Shown: piece after piece, positions 28,912 through 39,069 of the stretch
How the letters are laid out: each line of letters begins with the position of its first letter
How positions within the stretch are numbered: the stretch's first letter is position 1
DNA from: Bacteroidales bacterium
GTDB lineage: Bacteria; Bacteroidota; Bacteroidia; Bacteroidales; UBA4417
Assembly (NCBI GenBank): GCA_963665485.1
Contig: OY762227.1
Coordinates: 84,637 to 148,636, forward strand
Length of the DNA: 64,000 nt
Reading direction: 5' to 3'
Translations under genes and position numbers: made by a program
Notes under the pieces: model-generated
The model's database searches: none
Told to the model about the DNA's origin: nothing
What the model saw: only the letters and a program-made list of their open reading frames with translations

Positions 28912-31900
28912 ATGAGAAAATTTACGACTCTGCTCCTGTTCTTAGCCGCCGGATTGGTCAGTTATGCTCAAACTACTGAACTGGAACCAAACAATTCCTT
29001 TGCAACAGCAAATTTTATCACAACGGATAATATTAAGACCGGAAATATTTCTGCATTTACTGATGTGGATTATTTTGTATCGTACCAAAGTGAAGATGGC
29101 ACCCAGAAACTATATATAAAAGCAACTAATATAAGTGCGGCGGCCAGCTATTTGTATTTTACAGTGTATGGAAGCAGTAGAGGGGCTCTAACTGCCAGAT
29201 ATATTTCCGGTTCATCTAGTATTGCTGCCGGAGCTACCGTTTATGATACCATTACGCTTTATGGAAGAGGAATAGATTCAACATTCTTTAAGTTTGAGTC
29301 GAGTGCCACATTTTCCTATGAACTAAAATACAAACTTGAGGACTTGAGTACCTGTGATGCTGAACCTAATAACAGCTTTGCTTTGGCTACTTCTATCAAT
29401 CAGAACGAAACCAAAGCGGGACATATTAAATATATTAAAGATGGAATTGCAGATGACTATGATTATTACCGAACCAAAACATCCTATGATGGCCTTTTTA
29501 AACTATACATTACAGCTACCAATACAAGTGGTGCTTCCAACAATTTGTATATAACTGTATTTGGAAGTAACAAAGGACAACTGGAGGCAAAGTATATTTC
29601 CGGAACATCAGCGATACCTGCCGGGGCAACGGTTAGTGACAGCATTACCCTTTACGGAAGAGGTGTTGATTCAGTTTCCTTCAGGTTTCAGGCAAGTGGT
29701 ACATTTTCCTACAATTTAAAATACAATGTTATTGAAACCAAGGATAATGATGCAGAACCCAACGGAAGTTTTGCGTCAGCTCTTCCAATTAATCAGAACG
29801 AAATTAAGACAGGGCATATCAAATATATAAAAGATGGAGTTGTTGATGACTATGATTATTATCTAACCAAAACCACCGACGATGGTACCTTAAAAATCTA
29901 TTTATCAGCAACAAACACAGGCCCGGTCAGTTCGTACTGTTATTTCTCAGTGTTTGGAAGCAATAAAGTGCAGCTAACAAGCCGGTACATTGTCAGTGCC
30001 TCGGTAAGTCCTGGAAACACAGTTTATGATACCATTACACTTCGGGGAAGAGGAGCGGATTCGGTCTTTTTCAGGTTCGAAGCAAGTGGTACGTATTCGT
30101 ATTCATTCAAATATGATATTACAGATGTAAGTGCTATAGATGCAGAACCTAACAATAGTTTTGCCACAGCAATTCCAATTATTCAGAATGAAACAAAATC
30201 AGGCCATATCAAGTACATCAGCAATGGGGTGGTAGATGATTATGATTATTATAGCTCCAAATTGTCCGACGATGGTACATTAAAAATTTATTTATCAGCC
30301 ACCAATACAGGCCCAGCCAATTCATACTGCTATTTCTCGGTGTTTGGAAGTAATAAAGTGCAGTTGACTGCACGGTACATTGCCTCTGCCTCAGTAAGTC
30401 CTGGAATTACAGTTTACGATACCATTGCACTCCGGGGACGGGGAGTGGATTCAGTATTTTTCAGATTCGAAGCAAGTGGTTCGTATTCTTATTCATTTAG
30501 GTATGAAATTATAGATGTAAGTGCCAAGGATACAGAACCCAACAATAGTTTTGCCTCCGGGGTTCCTATTAAGCAGAACGAAACGAAATCGGGACACATA
30601 AAATACATTTTAAATGGGGTTGTTGATGACTATGATTATTACCGCACCAAAACATCAGATGATGGCACTATAAAAATTTATGTTTCGGCAACAAATACGG
30701 GAGAAGCTTCGAGTTGGCTTTATTTCTCAGCCTATGGGGGTAACCAGGGATTACTGACGGGAAAGTATATATCGGAAGTACCTTCTATTCTTCCCGGCGC
30801 AAAAGTTTATGATACAATAACTTTGAAAGGAATTGGAGTTGATACGCTTTTCTTCAGGATGGAGGCAACCGGCACTTATTCCTACGACATTAATTATGAA
30901 ATAATTGATAAAAGCTTAAGTGACAAGGAACCCGATAACACGTTCGCAACGGCTATCAAAACCAATATGAAACAAGTGAATATGGGCCATTTGATGTACA
31001 AAGCGAAGGGACTAACAGACCAGGACGATTATTATGTAACGCCTGTTTCAACCAAAGGTGACCTGAGAATTATTGTTGAGTTAACCAATATCAGCGGAAC
31101 AGCCAACTGGGTGTACTTATATGGATACAATAAATCCAAAACGCTGGTAGTGCAACAGTATATAAAGAAAATTACAAACTTGCCTCCCGGCCAGCTGATC
31201 CGCGATACCGTTGTGCTGAAATGTGCAGTGATGGACACATTTTACCTGAGGTGGACCGCCGGGGGTACTACCAATTATAAGTTCATGATGGAGATGGTTG
31301 ACCGGCAACCCTATGCCAACATGACCCACGAACGGCTAGGCAATACAGTTGGTTTCAGGCCACAACTGGCAAATGCAGATAAATTTATGTGGGATTTTGG
31401 CGATGCCACTTCCAGTACTCAAAAATACCCGATAAAAACCTATCCGATTGGATATTTTACAACTAATCTGATTGCAATAAACACAGCCTGCAATTTTAAA
31501 GATACGGCACAAACTGCAATCGAAGTTAAAGGAGTTGAATACTTTACGCCTGATTCATCGGGTGTTGGGGGCGATTGTATATTTAAAATATTTGGCGGCG
31601 GCCTCGACTCAACCACAAAAGTCAGATTAATAAAGGGTACCACAGTGCTTACTCCGGTGCAGTTGGAAACTTCAAAAAACAATGTTGAACTTCATGCTAT
31701 TTTCAATTTTCATTTGGTTGACGAAGGCACCTATGATGTAGAGATAGAAATTAAAGGGGAACCAACCTTTGCATACCCCGGCGGTTTCAAGCTGAAAGCA
31801 TTCAGGTATCCTTATACATGGTCCGAAATTGTAACCCCTACCCGCATGAGGACTAACCTGAATACCAGCATGAAACTAGTGGTGGGGAACAAAGGAAATG

Positions 31901-33963
31901 TAATGGCATCAGGGGTTTTGGTTGCGGTTATATGGCCTAAGTCAATCGATTTGAAATTTGACACCAAATGGTTCAAGCCACCGGCAAGTGGAAATTATTC
32001 AATAACCGCAGCCGATACTACCTTCAATTTTAAGTGGGAAGATATTCAGCGTTTTTATAGCGATAGCTTCAATACGGTTACAGCAATAGATACTTTTAAC
32101 CTGCAACCGTATGACGGGTATATGGATTTAATTCTTATCCCAAAAATAGCAGCGGGAAGCACGTACGAAATTCCATTGATTGCTAAAACCACAACTACCG
32201 GAGCTAAAGACTTTGTTACTTACACATTTAAGCCCAATATCTGGGGCTCCTGTCCCAATGGCAGCTGGATGGACGCTTCGGAAAATATGGCGGTTGAGTT
32301 CGCCGATGGGCTTGAAAAGGTAACAGGTACGGTTCCTGTTTTGAATAAGTCACCAGTTAGCTGGCTTGCCAAGGCCGTTAAAGGAACCACACAACATATG
32401 GCAAACTTAGGCCAGGTAATGGGTGCTACTTACAACTATGCTACCGGTGTAACTCCCGATATATACTCGTCATTGCCTTCCAACTTTAACCGTAATGTTC
32501 ATGCCGGAAACATGCAGGTTGTAGGTGCCGTTTGTGAAGTAGGAGTAGATTTAGCGTTCCAAAAAGGGGGTGAAAACTTCATGAAAGGTCAAACCGACAA
32601 TTTGAATAAATGGATAGCTAAAAATCCAAATGCTACTGCTTCGAGCATTGATTTTGCAATCGATAATCTAAATAATATCAATGATGTCAGGAATTTCATA
32701 AAAAACGCTCATCAAATGGTAAAAAACGGTAAGGATCTGTACGATTTAAACGAAAAAATAAACCGACTGAACCAATTGGTAAAGGATTGTCCTGAATTAA
32801 AAGAACAGTTGGAGGAATTAAAGAAAAACCTGAACCAGGATATGACTATCCGTGATCCCAAGCACACTACAACTTCGTCAGTTACATCCTTTGATCCGAA
32901 TGAAATGATCGGACCCATAGGCCAGGGACCAGATCAATTTGTATCGAAACAGGAAAGGCAACAATTTACTATCACCTTCGAAAACAAGAAAACCGCGCTC
33001 GCGGCAGCTCAAATTGTTACCATATACGATACCCTGGATATTACTAAGTTTGATCTGAACAGCTTTGAATTCAACGATTTTACCATTGCAAACAGAACGT
33101 ACACTGTTCCTAAGGGCCGTAAGCAGTTTGTATTGCAGGATAGCCTGTCACCAACCATGAAAGTGAGGATAAACGGTGGGATAGAAGCCAACACTGGCCT
33201 GGTAACATGGCAATTTACAGCCATTGATCCAGCTACAGGCGACATCCCTGTATTCGAAGGATTCTTACCGCCCAATACTAACATTCCTGAAGGGGAAGGA
33301 TCGGTTTCATTTACTGTGTTACCAAAACAATCCTTAGCTGACGGACTTGTTATCAAAAATCATGCTTCCATCATCTTTGATCAAAATGAACCTATACTCA
33401 CCAATACCTGGCAAAATGTGGTAGATGCACTCCCTCCTTCCAGCACTGTTTCCGCTACCCGGGTCATGGGTAGTCCCGAAATAAATCTTACACTTTCTGG
33501 GAGCGACGCTTCCTCCGGAATAGGTTATTACGTGGTTTATATGCAGGAGATAGGTGGCGAATGGCTCGCTATCGGAAACACATTTGGTGAAACTGAAAAG
33601 ATTATTGCTGACTCATCCAAACAATACAATTTTTATGTGTTGGCCAACGATCAGGTTGGAAATACTGAAACTAAAACTCCCGGAGCCGAAGCAACTGTTG
33701 GCATTAATGAATTGATCAAAGGCAAGGGTGAGCTGAGCCTGGGTCCAAACCCGGCCACTGATATGATTTATATTGGTGGTTTAAAACAATCAGGCACTTT
33801 TATTATCTCAGACCTTTCAGGCAAAAAAGTTTTGTCAGGGATTGTTTCTGAAAATAATAACAGCATTGATATTCACCAACTTAACAGTGGAATGTATTTA
33901 CTAAGCGTTTATTCCAATGGAAGTTTTGAATCATTGAAATTGCTTAAATCCAACTTTAAATAA
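28912..33963 (+). CDS. 1683-aa secreted multidomain protein: 6 PPC-like repeats, PKD-like domain, uncharacterised central region, T9SS C-terminal sorting domain
   Basis: Signal peptide. Six ~130-aa modules start at xEPNNSFA...G.I...DDYDYY (a pre-peptidase C-terminal-like pattern). FMWDFGDATSS is PKD-like. The C-terminal ~75 aa (LGPNPATDMIYI...GMYLLSVYSNG) looks like a Por secretion tail. Confidence 0.85.
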   Translation: MRKFTTLLLFLAAGLVSYAQTTELEPNNSFATANFITTDNIKTGNISAFTDVDYFVSYQSEDGTQKLYIKATNISAAASYLYFTVYGSSRGALTARYISGSSSIAAGATVYDTITLYGRGIDSTFFKFESSATFSYELKYKLEDLSTCDAEPNNSFALATSINQNETKAGHIKYIKDGIADDYDYYRTKTSYDGLFKLYITATNTSGASNNLYITVFGSNKGQLEAKYISGTSAIPAGATVSDSITLYGRGVDSVSFRFQASGTFSYNLKYNVIETKDNDAEPNGSFASALPINQNEIKTGHIKYIKDGVVDDYDYYLTKTTDDGTLKIYLSATNTGPVSSYCYFSVFGSNKVQLTSRYIVSASVSPGNTVYDTITLRGRGADSVFFRFEASGTYSYSFKYDITDVSAIDAEPNNSFATAIPIIQNETKSGHIKYISNGVVDDYDYYSSKLSDDGTLKIYLSATNTGPANSYCYFSVFGSNKVQLTARYIASASVSPGITVYDTIALRGRGVDSVFFRFEASGSYSYSFRYEIIDVSAKDTEPNNSFASGVPIKQNETKSGHIKYILNGVVDDYDYYRTKTSDDGTIKIYVSATNTGEASSWLYFSAYGGNQGLLTGKYISEVPSILPGAKVYDTITLKGIGVDTLFFRMEATGTYSYDINYEIIDKSLSDKEPDNTFATAIKTNMKQVNMGHLMYKAKGLTDQDDYYVTPVSTKGDLRIIVELTNISGTANWVYLYGYNKSKTLVVQQYIKKITNLPPGQLIRDTVVLKCAVMDTFYLRWTAGGTTNYKFMMEMVDRQPYANMTHERLGNTVGFRPQLANADKFMWDFGDATSSTQKYPIKTYPIGYFTTNLIAINTACNFKDTAQTAIEVKGVEYFTPDSSGVGGDCIFKIFGGGLDSTTKVRLIKGTTVLTPVQLETSKNNVELHAIFNFHLVDEGTYDVEIEIKGEPTFAYPGGFKLKAFRYPYTWSEIVTPTRMRTNLNTSMKLVVGNKGNVMASGVLVAVIWPKSIDLKFDTKWFKPPASGNYSITAADTTFNFKWEDIQRFYSDSFNTVTAIDTFNLQPYDGYMDLILIPKIAAGSTYEIPLIAKTTTTGAKDFVTYTFKPNIWGSCPNGSWMDASENMAVEFADGLEKVTGTVPVLNKSPVSWLAKAVKGTTQHMANLGQVMGATYNYATGVTPDIYSSLPSNFNRNVHAGNMQVVGAVCEVGVDLAFQKGGENFMKGQTDNLNKWIAKNPNATASSIDFAIDNLNNINDVRNFIKNAHQMVKNGKDLYDLNEKINRLNQLVKDCPELKEQLEELKKNLNQDMTIRDPKHTTTSSVTSFDPNEMIGPIGQGPDQFVSKQERQQFTITFENKKTALAAAQIVTIYDTLDITKFDLNSFEFNDFTIANRTYTVPKGRKQFVLQDSLSPTMKVRINGGIEANTGLVTWQFTAIDPATGDIPVFEGFLPPNTNIPEGEGSVSFTVLPKQSLADGLVIKNHASIIFDQNEPILTNTWQNVVDALPPSSTVSATRVMGSPEINLTLSGSDASSGIGYYVVYMQEIGGEWLAIGNTFGETEKIIADSSKQYNFYVLANDQVGNTETKTPGAEATVGINELIKGKGELSLGPNPATDMIYIGGLKQSGTFIISDLSGKKVLSGIVSENNNSIDIHQLNSGMYLLSVYSNGSFESLKLLKSNFK
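28978..31310 (+). repeat. six in-frame tandem coding repeats, period ~390-393 nt
   Basis: The repeat starts (GAxxxxGAACCyAAy = D/x-x-E-P-N) for units 2-6 are at 29356, 29749, 30139, 30529 and 30922. Unit 1 starts near 28978. Units 3 and 4 look the most alike by eye at the protein level. Confidence 0.9.
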
Positions 33964-33998
33964 TACCAAATATACATCCATTTAAAAATCGGAAACTC

Positions 33999-34799
33999 AT
34001 GAAACAATACAACAGGCTATTTATCTGCCTATTAGCTTTTACAGGCTTTATTTTACTATTCACATTGAGTTGTAAAAAAGATGATTCCAATAATACAACG
34101 GATGAAACTACGGTAAAAGATATTGACGGCAATGTTTACAATACAGTTACCATTGGAACCCAAACCTGGATGGCTGAGAACCTGAGAACTACCAGATACA
34201 ACGATAGCACCCTGATACCACTTCCTTTTGCCAGGTCAAGTGCAATTTTTGGCCCTTTCGTTTGCACGTATAGATACACAACCAATTCCGACACAATAAA
34301 AACCTATGGCAGGTTATACAACTGGTACGCGATCACCGCCGGTAACGGTAAACTATGCCCTAAAGGTTGGCATATACCTACTGATGCCGAATGGACCACA
34401 CTTACTGATTACCTTACCGCCCATGGTTTCAATTATGATGGCTCCGCAGCAGCAACTGCAGCCCCGGGTACAACCCCTGAAAATAGAATAGGCAAAGCTC
34501 TGGCATCGTCAACAGGCTGGCTTTCATCAGCAATTGAAGGATCTGTTGGCAATACCGATTTCGCTGACAAACGGAACGCAGTTGGTTTTAATGCCCAGCC
34601 GGGTAGTGCCCGCAACGAAGTCGGGCAATTCACACAAATGGGTGTAGGTGGTTTTTGGTGGACTTCAACAGAAAACAGTTCAAACACAAATAATGCCTAT
34701 GGCCGTTCGCTGCTTAACAGTTACTATAGCCTAAATACAGGCGTAGCCAATAAAATGTGCGGCTTTTCAGTTCGATGTGTTAAGGATCCACAGCCTTAG
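33999..34799 (+). CDS. FISUMP (Fibrobacter succinogenes major paralogous domain) lipoprotein
   Basis: Lipobox (LFTLSC). Hallmark DIDGNVYNTVTIGTQTWMAENL, LYNWYA, CPKGWHIPTDAEW and a C-terminal GFSVRCVKD. Confidence 0.85.
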   Translation: MKQYNRLFICLLAFTGFILLFTLSCKKDDSNNTTDETTVKDIDGNVYNTVTIGTQTWMAENLRTTRYNDSTLIPLPFARSSAIFGPFVCTYRYTTNSDTIKTYGRLYNWYAITAGNGKLCPKGWHIPTDAEWTTLTDYLTAHGFNYDGSAAATAAPGTTPENRIGKALASSTGWLSSAIEGSVGNTDFADKRNAVGFNAQPGSARNEVGQFTQMGVGGFWWTSTENSSNTNNAYGRSLLNSYYSLNTGVANKMCGFSVRCVKDPQP

Positions 34800-35046
34800 C
34801 TTGCTCTATGTGGTAAAGCAACCTGAGAAAGCAGGAAACAAAGAGCCTGTACCTGGTGATTATTCCAAGTAATTGAGAAAAAGCATGTTGGATAGTATTT
34901 AATAAATTGGATGGTCAATGTTTAGTGGAGTAGATTCTATTTTTAAAGTCTCGAAATTGGAGAAAGGCCGTGAAGTAAGAAAAATGCGTCTAAATACACA
35001 ATTAATAAAAATTTGATCTCAATAACAATTAACGAAGGAAAACAAA

Positions 35047-37271
35047 ATGAACAAATCAGCATTTGTTGGAATTGCGTTTCTCGTTTTATTTTATGCTGAT
35101 GCAAACGCTCAATGGGTACAAACCAATTCCCCGGAGAGTAATTCCCACGAACTAAAGTGCATTGTTGCGGATGAAGGTAATTTGTACGTGGCAACCCGTG
35201 GGAATGGGGTGTACAAGTCAATTGATGGCGGAGGTAACTGGACCCCGGTCAATAATGGAATTGGTGAAACAGTTGCGACCAGTTTTGTAGATGCACTCGC
35301 CGTTGTACCTTCCACTTCGGGCAATGGAACGAATCTTTTTGCTGGTATGGGAGGCGGAGGCATCTGGCGATCGACTGATGAAGGAGCAAGCTGGTTCCAG
35401 GTATATGATATAGGTGTATGGTACCTGGGCGGAACGGGCAGTACAGTTCTTGCAGGGGCAGCACAAGTTGGATATAACAGCGGTGTATATCGCTCAACTT
35501 CGGATGGCCAAACCTGGACAAGGTGCAACGGTGGGTTCACGTCGGCCGCTGATTCCAACGTGAGATGTTTCGCGTCCTTAAAAGTGGGAAATACAACGTA
35601 TACATATACAGGAACCGACGGAGGTGCGTTTATTTCAACCAACGGAGGAGCAAGCTGGACACGTATCTCAAACGGCCTGCCTCCAAGCCGCGTTGAATCA
35701 ATAATTGCAACTCCTGGGACGGGCGGAGCAGGAGTAACTATTTTTGCCGGTGTATACCTTTATGGAGTTTATCGCTCAACTGATAACGGCACAAGCTGGA
35801 CGGAGGCAAACAACGGATTATTTCATCAGGGTCAAACACCATACGTTGATGCATTTGTAGCAAGTCTTGTGCAGGCAGAACTACGAGCAATGTTTTTGCC
35901 TCCTACCATGGGAACGTATTTGTATCAACTGATAATGGAGCCACATGGGAAAATACGGGATGGCCGTTATATATTGGTGATGCCCAATCTCTTGTCATTA
36001 ACGGAGGTATGCTTTACGGGGCAAGCCCTGCCGGAATCTGGAAATATTCATTAACAACAGATTCAAGTTGGGTAGTTCAACAAAGCGGAATAAACGATTC
36101 GCTGACAGCAGTTGTGGCAGTCAGCAATAATGTCGTCTGGGCAGGAGGCAGAAACGGCAAAGTTCTTCGGACAAGCAACGGCGGCACAACCTGGAATTCA
36201 GTCGGAGGTGGAGCGATTGGAACCGATATAGTAAATACCGTGGAGGCTCTCGATGCCAACACGGCTCTTGTAGCAACTTATTCCGAAACCGGTGGAAAGA
36301 TCGCCAGAACGACAAACGGAGGATCCTCGTGGTCTTCGGTGTATAACATAACTGGTGCTTTCATAGGTGGTATTCAGATGAAAAATACACTTGAAGGCTA
36401 CGCAGTTGGCAGCCCCATTAATGGGAAATGGCTTGTGCTGAAAACGACCAATGGAGGAATTTCATGGGAAAGCTTGAAAACCGCACCGACACAAATAGCA
36501 GACGATTACGGGCCTGTTGGTGTGCAACTTCTGGGTGATACATTGTGGTTCGGTACCTTTTCGGGATCAATATATCGTTCAACCGATCTGGGTGCAACCT
36601 GGACTTCGGCGACCACATCCGAAACAACTTCGTACGGCCCACATTTCAATTCTCCAACAAAAGGCTTGATGGGGAACTTCAGCGATGGCAGTTTCTATAA
36701 ATCAACGGATGGCGGTACTTCCTGGATTAAAGCACCGGCAACAGTTTATCATACGGCTACCTCTATTTCCGGATTGGGCGACGAATTCTGGGCTACAACG
36801 GGAGGCAGTATAGCCTATACAAAAAATCTGGGCCAATCCTGGTCGTTTGCCACCCCGGGGCATAGCGGGCACACCACACTGAGCGCCTTAAGTTTTTCAC
36901 CGGTTGCTTCAGCACTTAACGGCTGGGCGGTTGGCGCAGCAGGATTGATACTTCATTACCAAAGGCAGGGAACCACACCCGTTGCAATTAATGCACAAAC
37001 CCGTGCAACGAAGCCCGGTTTGGAACAGAATTTCCCCAACCCCTTCACTTCAACTACAACCATAAAGTATAAAGTTGCAGAGCCAGGATTCATATCGTTA
37101 AAAGTATTTAATGCGCTGGGAACCGAAGTTGCCAGCCTGGTGAATGAGAAAAAGGCTACTGGCGAATATACTTCAGAGTTAAATGCTGCTGGATTGTCAG
37201 ATGGCATATACTTCTGTCGCTTGCAGGCTGGCTTAATCACAGATACCAAAAAACTTATTAAACGGAAATAA
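35047..37271 (+). pseudogene. BNR/Ycf48-like propeller protein with T9SS CTD, split by a frameshift (track ORFs 35047-36054 and 36009-37271)
   Basis: Both halves carry S/TxDGGxSW-type Asp boxes. The frame of the second ORF is open from 35850 and reads ...AGRTTSNVFASYHGNVFVSTDNGATWENTGW..., continuing the repeat pattern. The tail of the first ORF (LRAMFLPPTMGTYLYQLIMEPHGKIRDG...) looks out of frame. Confidence 0.7.
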
Positions 37272-37307
37272 TTCCTAAAACAAATTCAAAATCCAGAAGA
37301 CTAAATT

Positions 37308-39056
37308 ATGAAAACAATTTTACCGCTTTTCTTTTCCCTATTTTTCATTTCCATTCTCAGCGCGCAAACTCCGCAATGGATAACTTACACAAGTTCAAAC
37401 TCTGGTTTGCCTGGTAACAATACCAAGTCAATAGCAATAGACGCATCAGGGACTAAATGGATCGGGACTCAGCAAGGACTTGCAAAATTCGATGGCACAA
37501 CCTGGAAGGTTTATAGCGGGAACGTTTATATTACTCCAACCCTTTACTTCATACTTACCGATGTTCATGATATCACTATTGATAACAATGGGAACAAATG
37601 GATGTCTGTAGGTGGCTTACTTGCAAAATTTGATGGCACAAACTGGAAAGTTTATTCTTCTTCAAATACTGGAATGCCTAACAATGGTGTCCTTTCAATA
37701 GTGGAAGACGGTTCAGGGAATATTTGGATTGGTACAGATGGTGGCGGAATTGTAAAATTTGACGGCACAAACTTTACGATTTATAACTCTTCAAATTCGG
37801 GATTGCCAAATAATACTATCTTTTCATTAGCAATAGATGCTTCAGGAAATAAATGGGTAACAACCTTTGGTGGCGGACTTGCAAAATTCGACGGTACAAC
37901 CTGGACAGTTTACAATACTTCAAATTCGGGTATTCCTTCAAATAGTTTATTTAACGCAATTGCTATAGATGGGTCAGGAAATAAATGGTTGTCAACTTAT
38001 GATGGTGCACTTGTGAAATTTGATGGCACAAATTGGACCGTTTATAATAGTTCAAATTCGCTGATTCCGGCATATAAGAAAATTTTTTCACTTGCAATAG
38101 ACGGTTCAGATAATAAGTGGATAGGGATGGAGAATGGCGAACTTATAAAATTTGACGGAACTAACTGGACGGTTTATACTAATCCTGATCTAGCACTTTC
38201 TAATAGCATAATTCAGGCAATAGCAATTGACGGTTCGGGAAATAAGTGGTTAGCGACCTATGGTGGCGGTGTTTCTGTTTTTAAAGAAGGAGGAGTTACT
38301 ATGCCGGCTGAACAGGCACTCAACGGTGAATTCAACTATGGGATACAGAACTGGAATGTCTCAACCTATGCAACAGGCGCTACAGCCACCATACAAGTTG
38401 ATAGCTCTTCTGCAATATCAGGAAAAAATTCCGCTGCTATTACTATTTCCCAAACTACCGGGACCGACTGGCATATTCAAATGTGGCAATGGTTATCCCT
38501 TAAGCAGGGACATAAATATACAATTACCTTCAAAGCAAAGGCTTCGGCTGCCAGATCGATAATCTTGGCAGTGCAGAAAGGCGCATCACCTTATACAACT
38601 TATCTCTTCAATGCACATAACCTTACAACCCAGGTTCAGACTTTCACTGACGAAGTAACTATGAATACAACAGATTTGGCGGCTAAGCTACAGTTTTATC
38701 TTGGAAGCTCCTCTGCAAAGGTTTGGATTGATGATATTACCATTGTTGATAACAATCTGACAACCGATTTAGATGAGCCTGTTGACGCTAATAGAATTAT
38801 TTCGGTTTTACAGAATTACCCCAACCCTTTCAATTCAGTAACAACCATCAAGTATAAAGTCACACAGCCAGGCTTTGTATTGTTAAAAGTATTTGATGTT
38901 CTGGGAACTGAAGTTGCCAGCCTGGTAAATGAGAAAAAGGCCGTTGGAGACTATTCGATAGATTGGAATGCAGCGGGATCCGAAAATGGTATTTACTTCT
39001 GCAAAATGCAAAATGGAAGCTTTACTGAGGTAAAAAAAATGATGCTGATGAAATAA
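37308..39056 (+). CDS. secreted protein: two-component-regulator-propeller (Reg_prop) repeats + CBM4/9-like module + T9SS CTD
   Basis: Signal peptide. Seven or more repeats of I(A/V)IDxSGNKW(I/L)xTxxGGLxKFDGTNWTVY. NGEFNYGIQNW...VWIDDITIV resembles CBM_4_9. The C-terminal NYPNPFNSVTTIKYKV... is a Por tail. Confidence 0.8.
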   Translation: MKTILPLFFSLFFISILSAQTPQWITYTSSNSGLPGNNTKSIAIDASGTKWIGTQQGLAKFDGTTWKVYSGNVYITPTLYFILTDVHDITIDNNGNKWMSVGGLLAKFDGTNWKVYSSSNTGMPNNGVLSIVEDGSGNIWIGTDGGGIVKFDGTNFTIYNSSNSGLPNNTIFSLAIDASGNKWVTTFGGGLAKFDGTTWTVYNTSNSGIPSNSLFNAIAIDGSGNKWLSTYDGALVKFDGTNWTVYNSSNSLIPAYKKIFSLAIDGSDNKWIGMENGELIKFDGTNWTVYTNPDLALSNSIIQAIAIDGSGNKWLATYGGGVSVFKEGGVTMPAEQALNGEFNYGIQNWNVSTYATGATATIQVDSSSAISGKNSAAITISQTTGTDWHIQMWQWLSLKQGHKYTITFKAKASAARSIILAVQKGASPYTTYLFNAHNLTTQVQTFTDEVTMNTTDLAAKLQFYLGSSSAKVWIDDITIVDNNLTTDLDEPVDANRIISVLQNYPNPFNSVTTIKYKVTQPGFVLLKVFDVLGTEVASLVNEKKAVGDYSIDWNAAGSENGIYFCKMQNGSFTEVKKMMLMK

Positions 39057-39069
39057 TGGAGCCATAAAA

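Noticed and set aside
35109-35642. 177-aa minus-strand ORF (and 35218-35466, 35249-35521)
   Set aside because: They are antisense to the Asp-box repeat gene. G/T-rich repeat codons produce long open antisense frames, and no motifs were seen.
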